A DNA stretch of 64,000 bases from Octopus vulgaris. Lineage: Eukaryota. The first letter of the stretch is position 1, and each line of letters starts with the position of its first letter. Positions 52,475 to 64,000 of the stretch are shown one piece after another. Location of the stretch: NCBI GenBank assembly GCA_951406725.2, contig OX597823.1, positions 41,292,001-41,356,000 of the forward strand, read 5' to 3'. The notes below the pieces were generated by a model. The model saw nothing but the letters and a program-made list of their open reading frames with translations. It did no database searches and was not told where the DNA came from. The translations under genes and the position numbers were made by a program.

Positions 52475-52740
52475 CATCATCATCATTTAATGTCCATTGT
52501 CCATGTTGACATGGACGGTTTGACCAGGGCTGGCCAGCTGGAAATCTGTACCCGACTCCAGTCTGATTTGGCATGGTCTCTATGACTGAGTGCCCTTCCT
52601 CACCCCAACTACTTCGATGCCATTTGCATGACACCAGTTTTTGCCACAACTATGTTTTTACTTGGCTTGATGGGTCTTCTTCTCAAGCATGGCATAATGC
52701 CAAGGGTCTCGGCCATTTGTCATTGCCTCCATGAGGCCCA
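52475..52740 (-). mobile_element. RTE LINE 3' UTR relic
   Basis: catcatcatttaatgtcc..ctccagtctgatttggcatgg..tgcccttcct. Confidence 0.7.
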
Positions 52741-52917
52741 AATACACACACACTTTTACACGTTTTCATGTATGTTTGCCTGTACCCATGTTTTGACATC
52801 ATGTGATGATTGTAAACAAGCATTACCAGTTGTTCAATTCCAGTCTTCTGTGGAAGGGCAAGTTTGTCAATGGGAAAAGATTGCCTCAGTTAGAAACAGC
52901 TGAGGGCTGATGATAGG

Positions 52918-53150
52918 GTGAAACGTTAGCACGTTGGGTGAAATGATTAGCAGTATTTCATTTGCTGTTACATTCTGAATTCTAACTTCACTGAGGTTGA
53001 CTTGGCCTTTCACGACTTTGTTTTCATCCTTTCGTGGTTGATAAATTAAGTACCAGTTACACACTGGGGGTCGATGTAATTGACTTAATCCCTTTGTCTG
53101 TCCTTGTTTGTCCCCTCTATGTTTAGCCCCTTGTGGGCAATAAAGAAATA
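52918..53150 (+). mobile_element. SINE family B, 5'-truncated, with 26-bp target-site duplication
   Basis: Flanked by agaaacagctgagggctgatgatagg at 52892-52917 and 53151-53176, inside a SINE A type-2 tail. Confidence 0.9.
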
Positions 53151-53735
53151 AGAAACAGCTGAGGGCTGATGATAGGAAGGCATCCAACCATACAAAATAC
53201 ACCTCAACAAAATTTTGTCAAGTCCTGTCCACCATCAATTTTTGTTTCTTTTCAAGCTTTATCGAAACTGAGTGTCCTTTTGTTTTTAAAGATGACATTA
53301 TTAGGAAATATCTGTAATAAAGATATTAAGAAGCTACTCCATATTTGACTCACTGTAAAAAATAATGCTTCATTCGAGTTATGTTATATGAAATATAATA
53401 CAATTGTCAGTGGTGGTAGAAGTAATATGTTTATAGGAGAGATAACCATGGAGTGTGCTTGTGAATATTTAAACTGTGAAAAGATAAATTGCTTTACATT
53501 AATAAATCAAATGAAAATGAAATTTGACTTTTTCAATTAGTCTTTTAATTACTCAAAAATCTCAGAATTGTTTTAGTATTCAGCATTGAATAGCCATTTA
53601 GTCACTTTAACAAATGTTTCTGCATGTAGTAATGTGGTATACATATTTATAAGAATAATCTTTATGTCTTTACAAATAAACATGTGTATATACATAGATA
53701 TTTACACACACATGCGTGCACACACACACACGCGT

Positions 53736-53771
<36 letters not shown>

Positions 53772-54799
53772 TTTTTCTTTTACAACTACACATGCATATT
53801 GTGTATTGATATACGCATGTACTCATGCAAATGTACATACATACATATATATATGCTTGTATATATATGCATGTATATATGCACATATATATATGTGTAT
53901 ATGTGTATGTTTACATACATATATGCTTATATGTATATTTGTACATGTATATATGTGTGCATGTTTTTGTGCATACACTCATGATTGTAATTATATTACT
54001 GCACACAAAATATATTTGTAGATATAGTTGATATATGTATTCATGTGCATACATTTGTACAAAAATACTTTATATATATATATATATGTATATATACATA
54101 CATGCATGCATTCACACATACGTACATCTTTTTCTCATTTGTGCATCCATCAAGCAACTTGAATTTCTTTTTGGTTTGGTTATATAACAACTTGGAAAGG
54201 CAATAAGCTTGAATAACATGGGTAAATATTTAGCTTGCCATAGCTGGATGTAAACTGATCTGTCATTGGATAATTTATTTATTGTTAAGATGACTAGCTA
54301 TAATTACATATCTACTCAGGAATACAGATATTATTCTCTCTCAGTTGCTATTTGAATTCAAATGAGTTTGTTATCAAATAATGTGATGGTCAGAGAATTC
54401 TGTAACACTGTCTTTTGATTGCGCCTCTGATATTGCTGCACATACTGCATTATGATGCAGAGAATTCTATGTTGATATAATATTTGCTATATCAAGTGTA
54501 ACTTCCGTTATTCTTGCCTAAGAAAGATGATCATGACTCTGAAAACCACCAAACTATCATTTTACAATTAAATGAGCCATTCCGCCATCATATTCTCCTT
54601 GTGTCTATCTGCCTGTCTGCTTGTCTGTCTATCTGCTTGCCTGTCTGTCTGTATGTCTCTCTCATTCTCATTTCTGTCTGTTCTGCTGCTATATAAATAT
54701 AGTGTGATCAGTATTTTGCTCATGGTGCAGAGCAATCATCATCATCATCATTTTAGCTTCTACTTTTCTTTGCTTCTGTGAATCAGAGAGAATTTATTG

Positions 54800-55022
54800 A
54801 GGCTTTGCAATATGGCCCCTAGACTGACTAAAGCACCCATACTACTGCCACTTGAAAAGTACCCAGTACACTCTGCAAAGTGTTTGACATTAGGAAAGGT
54901 AACCAGCTGTAGAAACCTTGTCACAACAGGCGAGTGGAGCCATGTGCCACTCTCTGGCTTGTCATTGCCTATCAAATCATCTAACCCATGCCAGGTTGGA
55001 AAATGAAAGTTTAATGATGATG
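54800..55022 (+). mobile_element. RTE LINE 3' UTR relic
   Basis: cccagtacactctgcaaagtg..ccagctgtagaaacc..aacccatgccag..tttaatgatgatga. Confidence 0.65.
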
Positions 55023-55376
55023 ATATTTAAGTGAAGGAGAAAGTGAGAGAGACATAGTGACATAGATAATCACATTTTGACTTGATATATACACATATAT
55101 ATATATATATTGTATTTCGCGATGGTCTCTTTTTTTTTTTGCCAAATAAACACTTGCACTAGATATTCATTCCACACTCATTAATTACTGTTCTAATCCA
55201 ACTCATGTCCATTGTCCAGAAATCTTTCGCTACACATCTGTGACCTCTCCAGCAACACTTTTTGTTCTTGTGTGCACTCTTGCTCTGCTTAATCCATTCT
55301 CAGAATGATTATTACATAATTCTTAGCTTCCTAAAACAGCTATCATGACATTACATAATTTTTTGATATTTTGCCT

Positions 55377-55422
<46 letters not shown>

Positions 55423-55836
55423 CACACATACACACACATATATGTACACACACACATATATATATACATATATATACTTATATGTACATATATATATATA
55501 CTTATATATACATATGTATATAGGTATATATATGTATATATCTAAAACCAAATTGTTTTTATCGACATTACTACCTCTGTCTCAGCTCAGTTTGGATTTC
55601 TCTTATAGCCATTTTTGATTCTGTAGGCCTTGCCCTGGATGAAGTAGTCAGAGTCTAAGTTCACATTCATTTGAGCAGTACTATTTGCTTTCTATACTAA
55701 GCTTATCTAGCTCTCATCTGCTGTCTCTCTGCCATCATCAAAGTGGGTGTTCCATGTTACCACTAGTTTAACCCCAAGTATATCTTATACCAGCTGGTTA
55801 TTGGTGCAGCACTGTACCTTGTACAATGCAGTGCAT

Positions 55837-55888
<52 letters not shown>

Positions 55889-57480
55889 TACACATATTCT
55901 CTTTAGTAATGTATGCTTCCTTGTCTACAAGTGGCATCATTAATTTCCAGTATTCTGTGAAAACATTTCTTGCTAAGGGGAATATTTTACTTGGAAACCA
56001 GAGGGTTGAATCCAAATATCTGCCTTAACAAATTCCATCTCATCGTAACAAATATGGAAAAGTGGACATTATTACAATGATGATGACCAAAACTACGGGA
56101 GCAATTTTGAAATGAGGTTCAGTATGTGACAATGGTAAAGCAACATAGCTTAATTACACAAATAAATACACTCTTATAGAAATTCCAACATTTGTGCTAT
56201 GACTAAGATAAGAAATACACATGATACTGTATTTGTGGATGTTCAAGAACAGCGAAATATGTGCATATAAATGTTTCCATTCATAAGCCATGATATAACT
56301 AAAATTTATCACTTGATATAATCTGTATCAAAACCAGATATCTGTGTTTCATACACACTATGTTAAGATGTAATTCTTTATTACATATAACCCTAATTCT
56401 AAATGAGAAGCTACATCATTCATTATAACTTTAAATATCAACACTTATTTCATTAAAGCTGAAATGTTTCTTATATTATATATAAGTTTTATAAGGAAAA
56501 AGTTGACATTGTGTTCAAAGTTTTAGCTTAATTGCCTCCTCAGTGAGGCTGACAAATAGAACTCAAAAGATGAGTATATGTATATTTTTTATTGATATTT
56601 AGCAGACGTGACTCAAGGGCTGAGGTTCACAAACACACACCATCATCATCATTGTTGTTGTTGTCAGTGTCATCATCATCATTTAATATCTGCTTTCCAT
56701 GCTGGACACTTTAACTGGGAAGCAGTGAGCTGCAGGGCTGCATCAAGTTCAGAGTCACTATTACACATACACGCACACGCACGCACACACACAAACACAC
56801 ACACACACACACACACACCCTATAAAATATGGGTTGTTATCAACGAAGTTTTTCTGAAAACTCTTTTCTCAAGGGTTTCTAAAAGCATTGTATTGTAGTA
56901 ACCATAAGATAACTATTATGATTGCATGGATCTACTGGTACTTTGTTCTGCTGAACCAATTAGCTTTTGTGTTGATAAAGAATGCATCTATATCAAAAAG
57001 TAAGATATAAAACACAACAACAATAATTAAGAATAATGAAAAATAATTTCACCCTAAAAAAAATTGAATAAATTCAATACATAATTTAACATAATTTTGC
57101 TAAGTAAAGTATAGAATAAAATCTTGTATCCCATTATAATATTAGATTGGGCACTTAGAATAAAGAAACTAGCCAGAGGCAAAAGTTGATGAAGTAAAGT
57201 GGCTTAATAAAGTGATTTATATTTGTTTTAAGATGATGCATTAATGCTTAATGGAGCCTTAGGTGAACTAAATAATTCTGTTCTGTGTGTGTGGTGGTGG
57301 GGCGGGTGGGGTGGAGATAAAGAGTTGGTACTTCCGCAAACCCATAGCTTTTGAAGAACCTATGAGGCTCGTGTCTTTCATTAAAGAGCAACATCACTAT
57401 ATAATATAATAATATTGATGTTATTGCTGCTGTTGTTTGGCTCATGATCATGGGCAGGCTAACACATTATCTCCTTTCAG

Positions 57481-57534
57481 CCAAGCATTTCCTTTCAAGT
57501 TGCTCTTGTCTTTTCAACTGAAAAAGAGAACCTG
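57481..57534 (+). other. Candidate 54-nt internal exon of an unidentified host transcript
   Basis: Branch point ctaac (57459-57463), ctcctttcAG acceptor, CTG|GTGAGT donor; length divisible by 3 and open in two frames (phase 0: PSISFQVALVFSTEKENL). Confidence 0.35.
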
Positions 57535-57909
57535 GTGAGTACTGGTGCTGTTCTCCCTTCTTCCAGTTGTCTGTGACTACATAAATACCTAAAGCAAAGT
57601 CAATAGTCTTAAATAAACAGCAGTCATATGTACCACCTATTCAAAATTCATTCATGACTGAAACATCTTAAACAAACTTCAACTATCAGCTGCCCACCCT
57701 GAAAGAAATAGTTGCCAAATTTTACTCAAATCAACTATCATCTTAAAAAAGACAAAATATATTGAAGAGTAGAGTCCTTGATATACAGGATCCTTCTTGG
57801 AAATCTCTCATATTTTGCACAATATTCAATGTGATACTAGTGAAGTTTGGTAGCTAGTAAGGGTACCTCTATGCAGTAAATGTTTAATTGTTTTCTATTT
57901 TAGTCCCCA

Positions 57910-58278
57910 GACACCATGTAAAATGCCTGTACTAGTGTCACATAGAAGTACCTGTACTGATGCCACATAAAAATACCCATACAATACTGGTGTCACATGA
58001 GAGCACCTGTATTGGTGCTATATAAAAGTGCCTTTACCAGTGCCACGTAAAAGTGCCTGTGCAGGTGTCACGTAAAAGTGCCTGTGCAGGTGTCACGTAA
58101 AAGCATCCACTACATTATGTAAAGTGGTTGATTCTAAGAAGGGCTTCCAGCTGTAGAAACCATGACACAACAGAGAAATGGAGCCTGAACAGCCCCTCAG
58201 GTGGTCAGCTCCTGTCAAATTGTCCAACCCATGCCAGAATGGAGAATGACCGTTAAAAGATGATAATGATGATAATGA
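57910..58278 (+). mobile_element. RTE LINE 3' UTR copy with ~25-bp tandem array
   Basis: gtg(c/t)cacgtaaaagtgcctgtgcag units, then aagggcttccagctgtagaaacc..ccaacccatgccag..gatgataatgat. Confidence 0.75.
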
Positions 58279-58399
58279 TTTGGGTTTGGACCAGTGAACA
58301 TTGTCCATTTGCTGTTGAAATGTCATGATGTGATAAATCTGTAAGGTTTTATTTTTTTTTTACATCCTCCATGTAATAGTTTCAAAGGGTTTTAAATCA

Positions 58400-58620
58400 T
58401 GGCATAGGCATAAGGCCTGCAATTTTTAGCTGAGGAGTTAAGGTGATTACATCAATCCCCAACTGCTGAACTGCTACTTATTCCATTGACTCTGAAAGGA
58501 GAAAAGGTAGAATTGATCTCAGTGGAATGTGAAAATTTGAAATCAGAACATATTGAACCAGAAGAAATGTTATGCATGTTTTTCCAACCGTCTTATGATT
58601 CTAGTAGTTCACTGCCTCGG
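58400..58620 (-). mobile_element. SINE family B, old copy
   Basis: attacatcaatcccc..ctgaaaggagaaaaggtaga..tctagtagttcactgcc. Confidence 0.55.
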
Positions 58621-58839
58621 CATCCTGTGTAATAAGAGATATGACCATGGATAGAATATGTTGCAATTATAGGTGTGCTTGGTCAATGCTGACCTAGGGC
58701 TAAATGAGACCATGAGTTACCTACTCAAATGAATTCATGGTCACTATTTTCACTTTAACCACCCCACTTTCATTATCAAGATCTTAGACCATGCTGTCAT
58801 TAAACTGTCATTATTGCTCAAAGTCATTTTTCTTAGTGA

Positions 58840-59420
58840 CTGATGACAGTGGTGATGATGATGATGGTGAGGATGGATTACGAAAATGACATTAATGGTT
58901 GAGAGAATAATAGTGGTGGTGGTGGTGGTGGTGAATAGGAGGATGGTGTTTAAAGACGGTGATATGATAGAGGAAGATTATAATTATTATTAGAATGGTA
59001 TTTAAGAGTGGAACCATGCCATAGATACTGCTGCTACTGCTGATGATACTGGTAAATTAGGAACGTAAAAATGACATTTGTGGTAGTAAGAAGGGTCATG
59101 GTGGTGATGGGGTGGTGCTGGTCGGGTAGTGGTTGTGAGAACAGTGTTGAGCACTGCAATATGAGAGAGGGGGATTATTATTATTATTATCAGAGCAATA
59201 TTTACATGAAGAATCATGCAGATGCTTATGGTTATGATGGTGATGGCATGATGATAACGATGGCGACTAGGATGATGTTGGTAGTGGTAGTAATGGTGAG
59301 GAGTGAGATTGCGATGGAAAAGACATAAAGCAAAATATAACATTAACTGTGAGAATAATTTTGATGATGATAATGAAGGAAATGGTTATTGTGATGATGA
59401 TGATGGCAGTGGGGGTGGGA
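58840..59420. repeat. Degenerate GAT/GGT low-complexity region
   Basis: Seen directly; stops in all frames. Confidence 0.7.
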
Positions 59421-60230
59421 GGGAAGCAGTACTTATTACTCTAATCATGGTAATTATATCTCCACTAGGAACTGACACCCAGCACATCAAAACAGCAAAA
59501 CAAACAAACAACAAACATTCTCATCATAGAAAGAAGCAGTGTCTCGTCAGTAATAAGGGAAAAGAGAAATGTTGTTCGTGTTTTACCTTCTGACATTAAT
59601 AATATGTCCCATAATGCATGTGTGGAATCCAAACTAAAGATAATATTAATTAGGTGTATTTTGCTGCTAATTATAGCTGAAGAACAAGATAATAATGATT
59701 GATGCTTTTGCCTGTGGTTTATAATGATAAGGGTGTTTGGTGGTGTTTGGGTTAGGGTTAAGGTGAGGAAAAAGTTTTACCTGCTGATTGAAAAAATAAA
59801 AGCTGTAAGTGTTGGGCAGGTAGACAAGAGTTTTTGGTGCCATCTATTGACATAGGCTATAAATATCTACCAGATTGGATGTGACCTGCAGGTGTAAATG
59901 AGATGGATGTAGCCCATAGGTATTAGCAGAACGGCATAAGTGAAACACAGGCTGAAACTTATTGTTTAATTTATTCAGTTTCTTGATTTGTAAATAGAGG
60001 AATTGATATGTGGTTTTAGGCAATATGGAATGAAATCTGAGTAGCTAAATGTGTTTAAGAAATATGCTTCCTAACCATGTGGATTTCAATTCAGTTCTAC
60101 TGTGCAATACCTTGAGCAAGTGTCCTCTGTTGCAGTAGATCCAAGCTTTATGATTGGATTTGGTTAATAGAAACTGAAAGAAATCTGTTGTGTGTGTGTG
60201 TGTGTATGTATGTATGCTTGTATATATATG

Positions 60231-60276
<46 letters not shown>

Positions 60277-62685
60277 TGTGTGTGGTTTATGTGGTTCCAA
60301 AAATCTCTGTCCTACAACTGGTGGCATTGTTATTATTTTCCCTGTCAACAAATCATTCACTGGTTTTGCATCTTTAAGGGTGTGTGCAATAAGGTACCCC
60401 TTCCTTTAAAAATAGGTGGAGATTGGTGACAGGAAGGGCATCCCACAGAAAAATCATTACCTCAATATAATACATGTCTAACCGATGCAGGCATAAAAAA
60501 CAGCAAACGTTGTTGGTTGCATTTAAAGTTAAAGTAAGACTTGGAAGGTGTGCCTATGACTCATTCCTAAAAAAAACTAATATTGTATGTCATGATAAAT
60601 GGAACTCATATTATTCTTTTGATGTTGATAATTCAGAAGTTTTGTCTCTCAATTATTGCATCTTATCATTTTATTATGCAAAAGTGGTAGGTAGTCATCA
60701 AGAATTGGTTTCTTCAGCCTGGCTGTTTCCAGTGATTAGTCATTCTTTATTAATGCCATGACTGCTGGCACAAACACAAGAACTCATTACAAGAACCTTC
60801 ATTGCATCTCGTTTGTTGCATCATATTTCTGGGTCGTAAACTTCAAGCTTAACTTGCAGCAAACTTGTAGGAATCATAAAAGGTACTGGCATTGGTAAAA
60901 CTTCTTAAAAGCTCTATTCCTAGTTTTATTGTAGGAGAGCATATCCTCAGTCTATCACTTCCAGATGGAATAGCTTTTCTTCTTTCTTAATATCATAGAT
61001 AAGTATATAAAAATCTCAATATTTTTCTTTGGACATTACAAAGTTTCACACATCCTGAATTGATCTTTACATAATTTTTGTTGCATTCATAATTTCATCT
61101 GCCACCATCTGTTAAATGTCTTGATGGATAATCTGAGAACATATAATTTTCGAATGGCATGAGCAGTATCATGCAAAAGATAAATATTTCATTGAAACTT
61201 CATGTGTTTTTCTTGGAATCTTTCCAGTTTTTCTGTTAGTCTTCATCCTATGGTAACATCTTGTCATTGTATAATACATTCCATAGTTTGCATTCATTTT
61301 CAATTATTTTATCAATTGTATCATCTCACAATGCTGGAAAAATGATTTAGATTGGGTTTGTTATACAGATTTCTGCATATTCTGCCAAGTTTACATCATG
61401 AATACAAATGCTGTTTTAAAATGCAATCACATTTTCCTCACAGACTAATACAGAATGGCTAATATTTTCTATTGTGTAAAAAAGTTGCACTTCTCTTTGT
61501 GCTAATATTAGAAAATCAAACAATAATTAATAGTGTAATAACAGTTTTCATGCAAAGTAATATCAAGAAAATTAACTATTGTGCAGCTAGCTTCAATTAC
61601 TGCTAAGCTAAAAGTATAATGTGAACAAGATTTAAGTATTTTTTTTTCTATTACAGTATGAGTTGCAGTTCTCATACAAAGATAATATCAGAAAAAAATT
61701 ATGTTCTACTATGATGATAGCTGTATGTTTTGTCGCATTACAGTAGAAAATGAAATAGTATTTAGCACTAATGTTTTATGTGAGAAACTTAGGAACAGCT
61801 TGCAGATGATGTCAGTCAAAAAGCTCTGGATGCCAGATGGTTTCAGGAGTCTTCAGGAGAGAATGCACACAACTTTAGGGCCTTCTTCTTAACAGCTTCA
61901 CAGTGCACTGGCCCCTTCACTGTTGTGAGGCTCCAATTTCTGGATTGACTGAGTTGTATTCAATCTTAAGCCCTTCATCTTGGGGTGATCAGTACTATTC
62001 ACATTGCAACATTCACATTGTAAAGCCCTCCCCTAATGTATTATGTTACATATATGACAGCTTTTATTAAATATATTGTAAAGTTACTGTTTTAATTTAT
62101 CATGAAGAGGCATGGGCATGGCTGTGTGGTTAAATTTGTTTCCAACCACATGGTACTGGTTTTAGTTCTATGTGGTACGTTGGACAAGTTTCTTTTACAA
62201 AGCCGCAAGGTGTCCAAAGCCCAGTGAGTGGATTTAATGGAAGGAAACTGATTTTTGTATTCTAATTATTGATTGTTGCTGGCAACTTCTGAATTAATTA
62301 TAATCACTGGATGTGAGTGCCTTATTGTTGTTTTGCACTTAATGTCCCAGTTAATGTTGGCTTTTCTGAGGATAATGTTCTTATTCTCCTGCTTTTGTGC
62401 CTTCAATGATATTGGTTGGGTAAATACTTTTTAATATCATAATGTATCTAAATCAAAACATGCATTTCATCTTTCAACAGCAAAATGAGATGTATAATTC
62501 TTAGTTCAATATGAAATATTTATAGGAAAATTTGTATAGTGAAAGATTCTAATCGCCATTTACTGTATTGTCTAGCAAGCTTAACCAGTCAGTAAATGAT
62601 GCATGGTTTGGTGCTGGCCAACAATTTCATCATTATATTTTCTTCAAACACATACTCTTACATCCATCCATATATATGTATATGT

Positions 62686-62751
<66 letters not shown>

Positions 62752-62768
62752 ATATATATGCACACACC

Positions 62769-63587
62769 CCATTGGGCAGGTGGCCCTGCTTGATCTGTAG
62801 GAAAGGTGTAGGTAGAAACTCCATAAGATGCACCCAGTGTAAGCTATGGATGCATAAGAGGTGCAGCAACATCAAAGGGAAATTAACTGATAAGATAGCT
62901 TTCATGTGCGGCAGATGCACAGGGACAATAGACACCACAATTACTCAGAAAACAGATTCCATCACACTCCAGGGGGAGAAACTAGAAGTAGTCGATAGTT
63001 TCCGCTACCTGGGTGACCAAGTTAGTAGTGGAGGTGGATGCTCAGAGAGTGTCACCACTAGAATACAAATAGCCTGGGCAAAGTTTAGAAAGCTTCTACC
63101 ACTACTGGCGACAAAGGGTCTCTCACTCAGAGTGAAAGGTAGATTGTATGTTGCATGTGTGCGAACTGCCATGTTTCACTACCGTGAAACATGGGCCGTA
63201 ACTGCAGAGGACATGCGTAGACTTGAAAGAAATGAAGCTAGCATGATCCGCTGGATGTGTAATGTCAGTGAACATGCAAGACAGAGTGTAAGCACCCTGA
63301 GAGAAATGCTGGACATAAGAAGCATCAGATGTGGTGTGCAAGAGCGACACTTGCGATGGTATGGTCATGTACTGTGGATGGATGAGGAGAGATGTGTGAA
63401 GAAGTGCCGCTCCCAAACAGTTGAAAGGATCAGGGGGAGAGGTAGACCCAGGAAGACATGGGATGAAGTAGTCAAGCATGACCTCAGAGCGTTGGGCCTC
63501 ACTGAGGCAATGGCGAAGGACCGAGATCTCTGGAGATGTGCTGTGACTGCAAAGACCCGGGCTGCTTCTGGCACCAGTTCCGCATAG
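62769..63587 (+). pseudogene. RTE ORF2 C-terminal part: PHD-like finger, late RT region and C-terminal domain (no true start, catalytic core absent)
   Basis: LEVVDSFRYLGD, RIQIAWAKF, KGRLY..CVR, ETWA, LRWYGHV and RGRGRPRKTW are RTE ORF2 hallmarks. The N-terminal ~67 aa of ORF 62568 is flank and (TA)n read-through. Confidence 0.9.
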
Positions 63588-63711
63588 CCCCTACCCATTC
63601 AAAGTACCTTGGATCCCAGAACATCTCGCTGCGCTTGAGGAGACCTGTTGAGTCAAGTGCATGTACATGAACATCGAAACAAATATCAATGGAAATAGTA
63701 GTTGTGATACC

Positions 63712-63935
63712 TGTGCCAGTGGCACATAAAAAGCACCATCCGAACGTGGCCGTTGCCAGCACCGCCTCGACTGGCTTCTGTGCCAGTGGCACATAAAAAG
63801 CATCATCCAAACGTGGCCGATGCCAGCACGCCCTGGCTGGCTTCCGTGCCGGTGGCACATTAAAAGCACCAACCGATCGTGGCCGATGCCAAACTTCCCT
63901 GGCACCTGTGCCGGTGGCACGTAAAAAGCACCCAC
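63712..63935 (+). repeat. Four ~63-67 bp tandem units in the RTE 3' UTR
   Basis: gtgcc(a/g)gtggcac..aaaagca recurs at ~63713, 63780, 63846 and 63909. Confidence 0.9.
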
Positions 63936-64000
63936 TACACTCATGGAGTGGTTGGCGTTAGGAAGGGCATCCAGCTGTAGAAACACTGCCAGATCAGACT

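Larger units (their letters stand above)
62769..64000 (+). mobile_element. Young 5'-truncated RTE-clade LINE, running off the window end
   Basis: Starts after (TA)n; open ORF2 C-terminus, stop at 63585-63587, long 3' UTR with tandem repeats and the conserved aggaagggcatccagctgtagaaac tail. Confidence 0.92.

Noticed and set aside
57910-58100. CRISPR-like regularly spaced repeats
   Set aside because: Head-to-tail degenerate units without unique spacers, inside an RTE 3' UTR in eukaryotic DNA; no cas genes.
61657-61722. Second microexon candidate (66 nt, open frame)
   Set aside because: Good acceptor but weak donor (GCT|GTATGT) and no recognisable peptide; not distinguishable from chance.
62568-62768. 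N-terminal part of the 339-aa ORF as a real start or fusion gene
   Set aside because: It is flank and (TA)n that happens to be in frame with a 5'-truncated LINE.

Overview
AT-rich, repeat-dominated animal genomic DNA that looks intronic or intergenic. The SINE families, the (GAT)n-tailed RTE LINE and the very dense (TA)n/(CA)n microsatellites resemble an octopod (Octopus-like) cephalopod genome; this assignment is inferred from pattern recognition, not from a search. No intact host protein-coding gene, rRNA, true tRNA or CRISPR array is supported, and almost all ORFs in the track are microsatellite or SINE read-through. Supported content: at least three tRNA-derived SINE families in many copies; 5'-truncated RTE LINE copies, the youngest with an open ORF2 C-terminus carrying a C4-H-C3 (PHD-like) finger; two Helitron PIF1-helicase relics, one with recognisable termini; hAT (Charlie/Buster-like) and Tc1/mariner relics; TTAA-flanked piggyBac-type MITEs; and Penelope-like segments with degenerate hammerhead-like folds. 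The best leads are the PHD-like finger inside the RTE ORF2, an exact 71-bp duplicate bounded by TTAA, a triple-nested SINE, several long hairpins and a candidate 54-nt microexon. Most repeat boundaries were read by eye and are approximate (about +/-10-30 nt).
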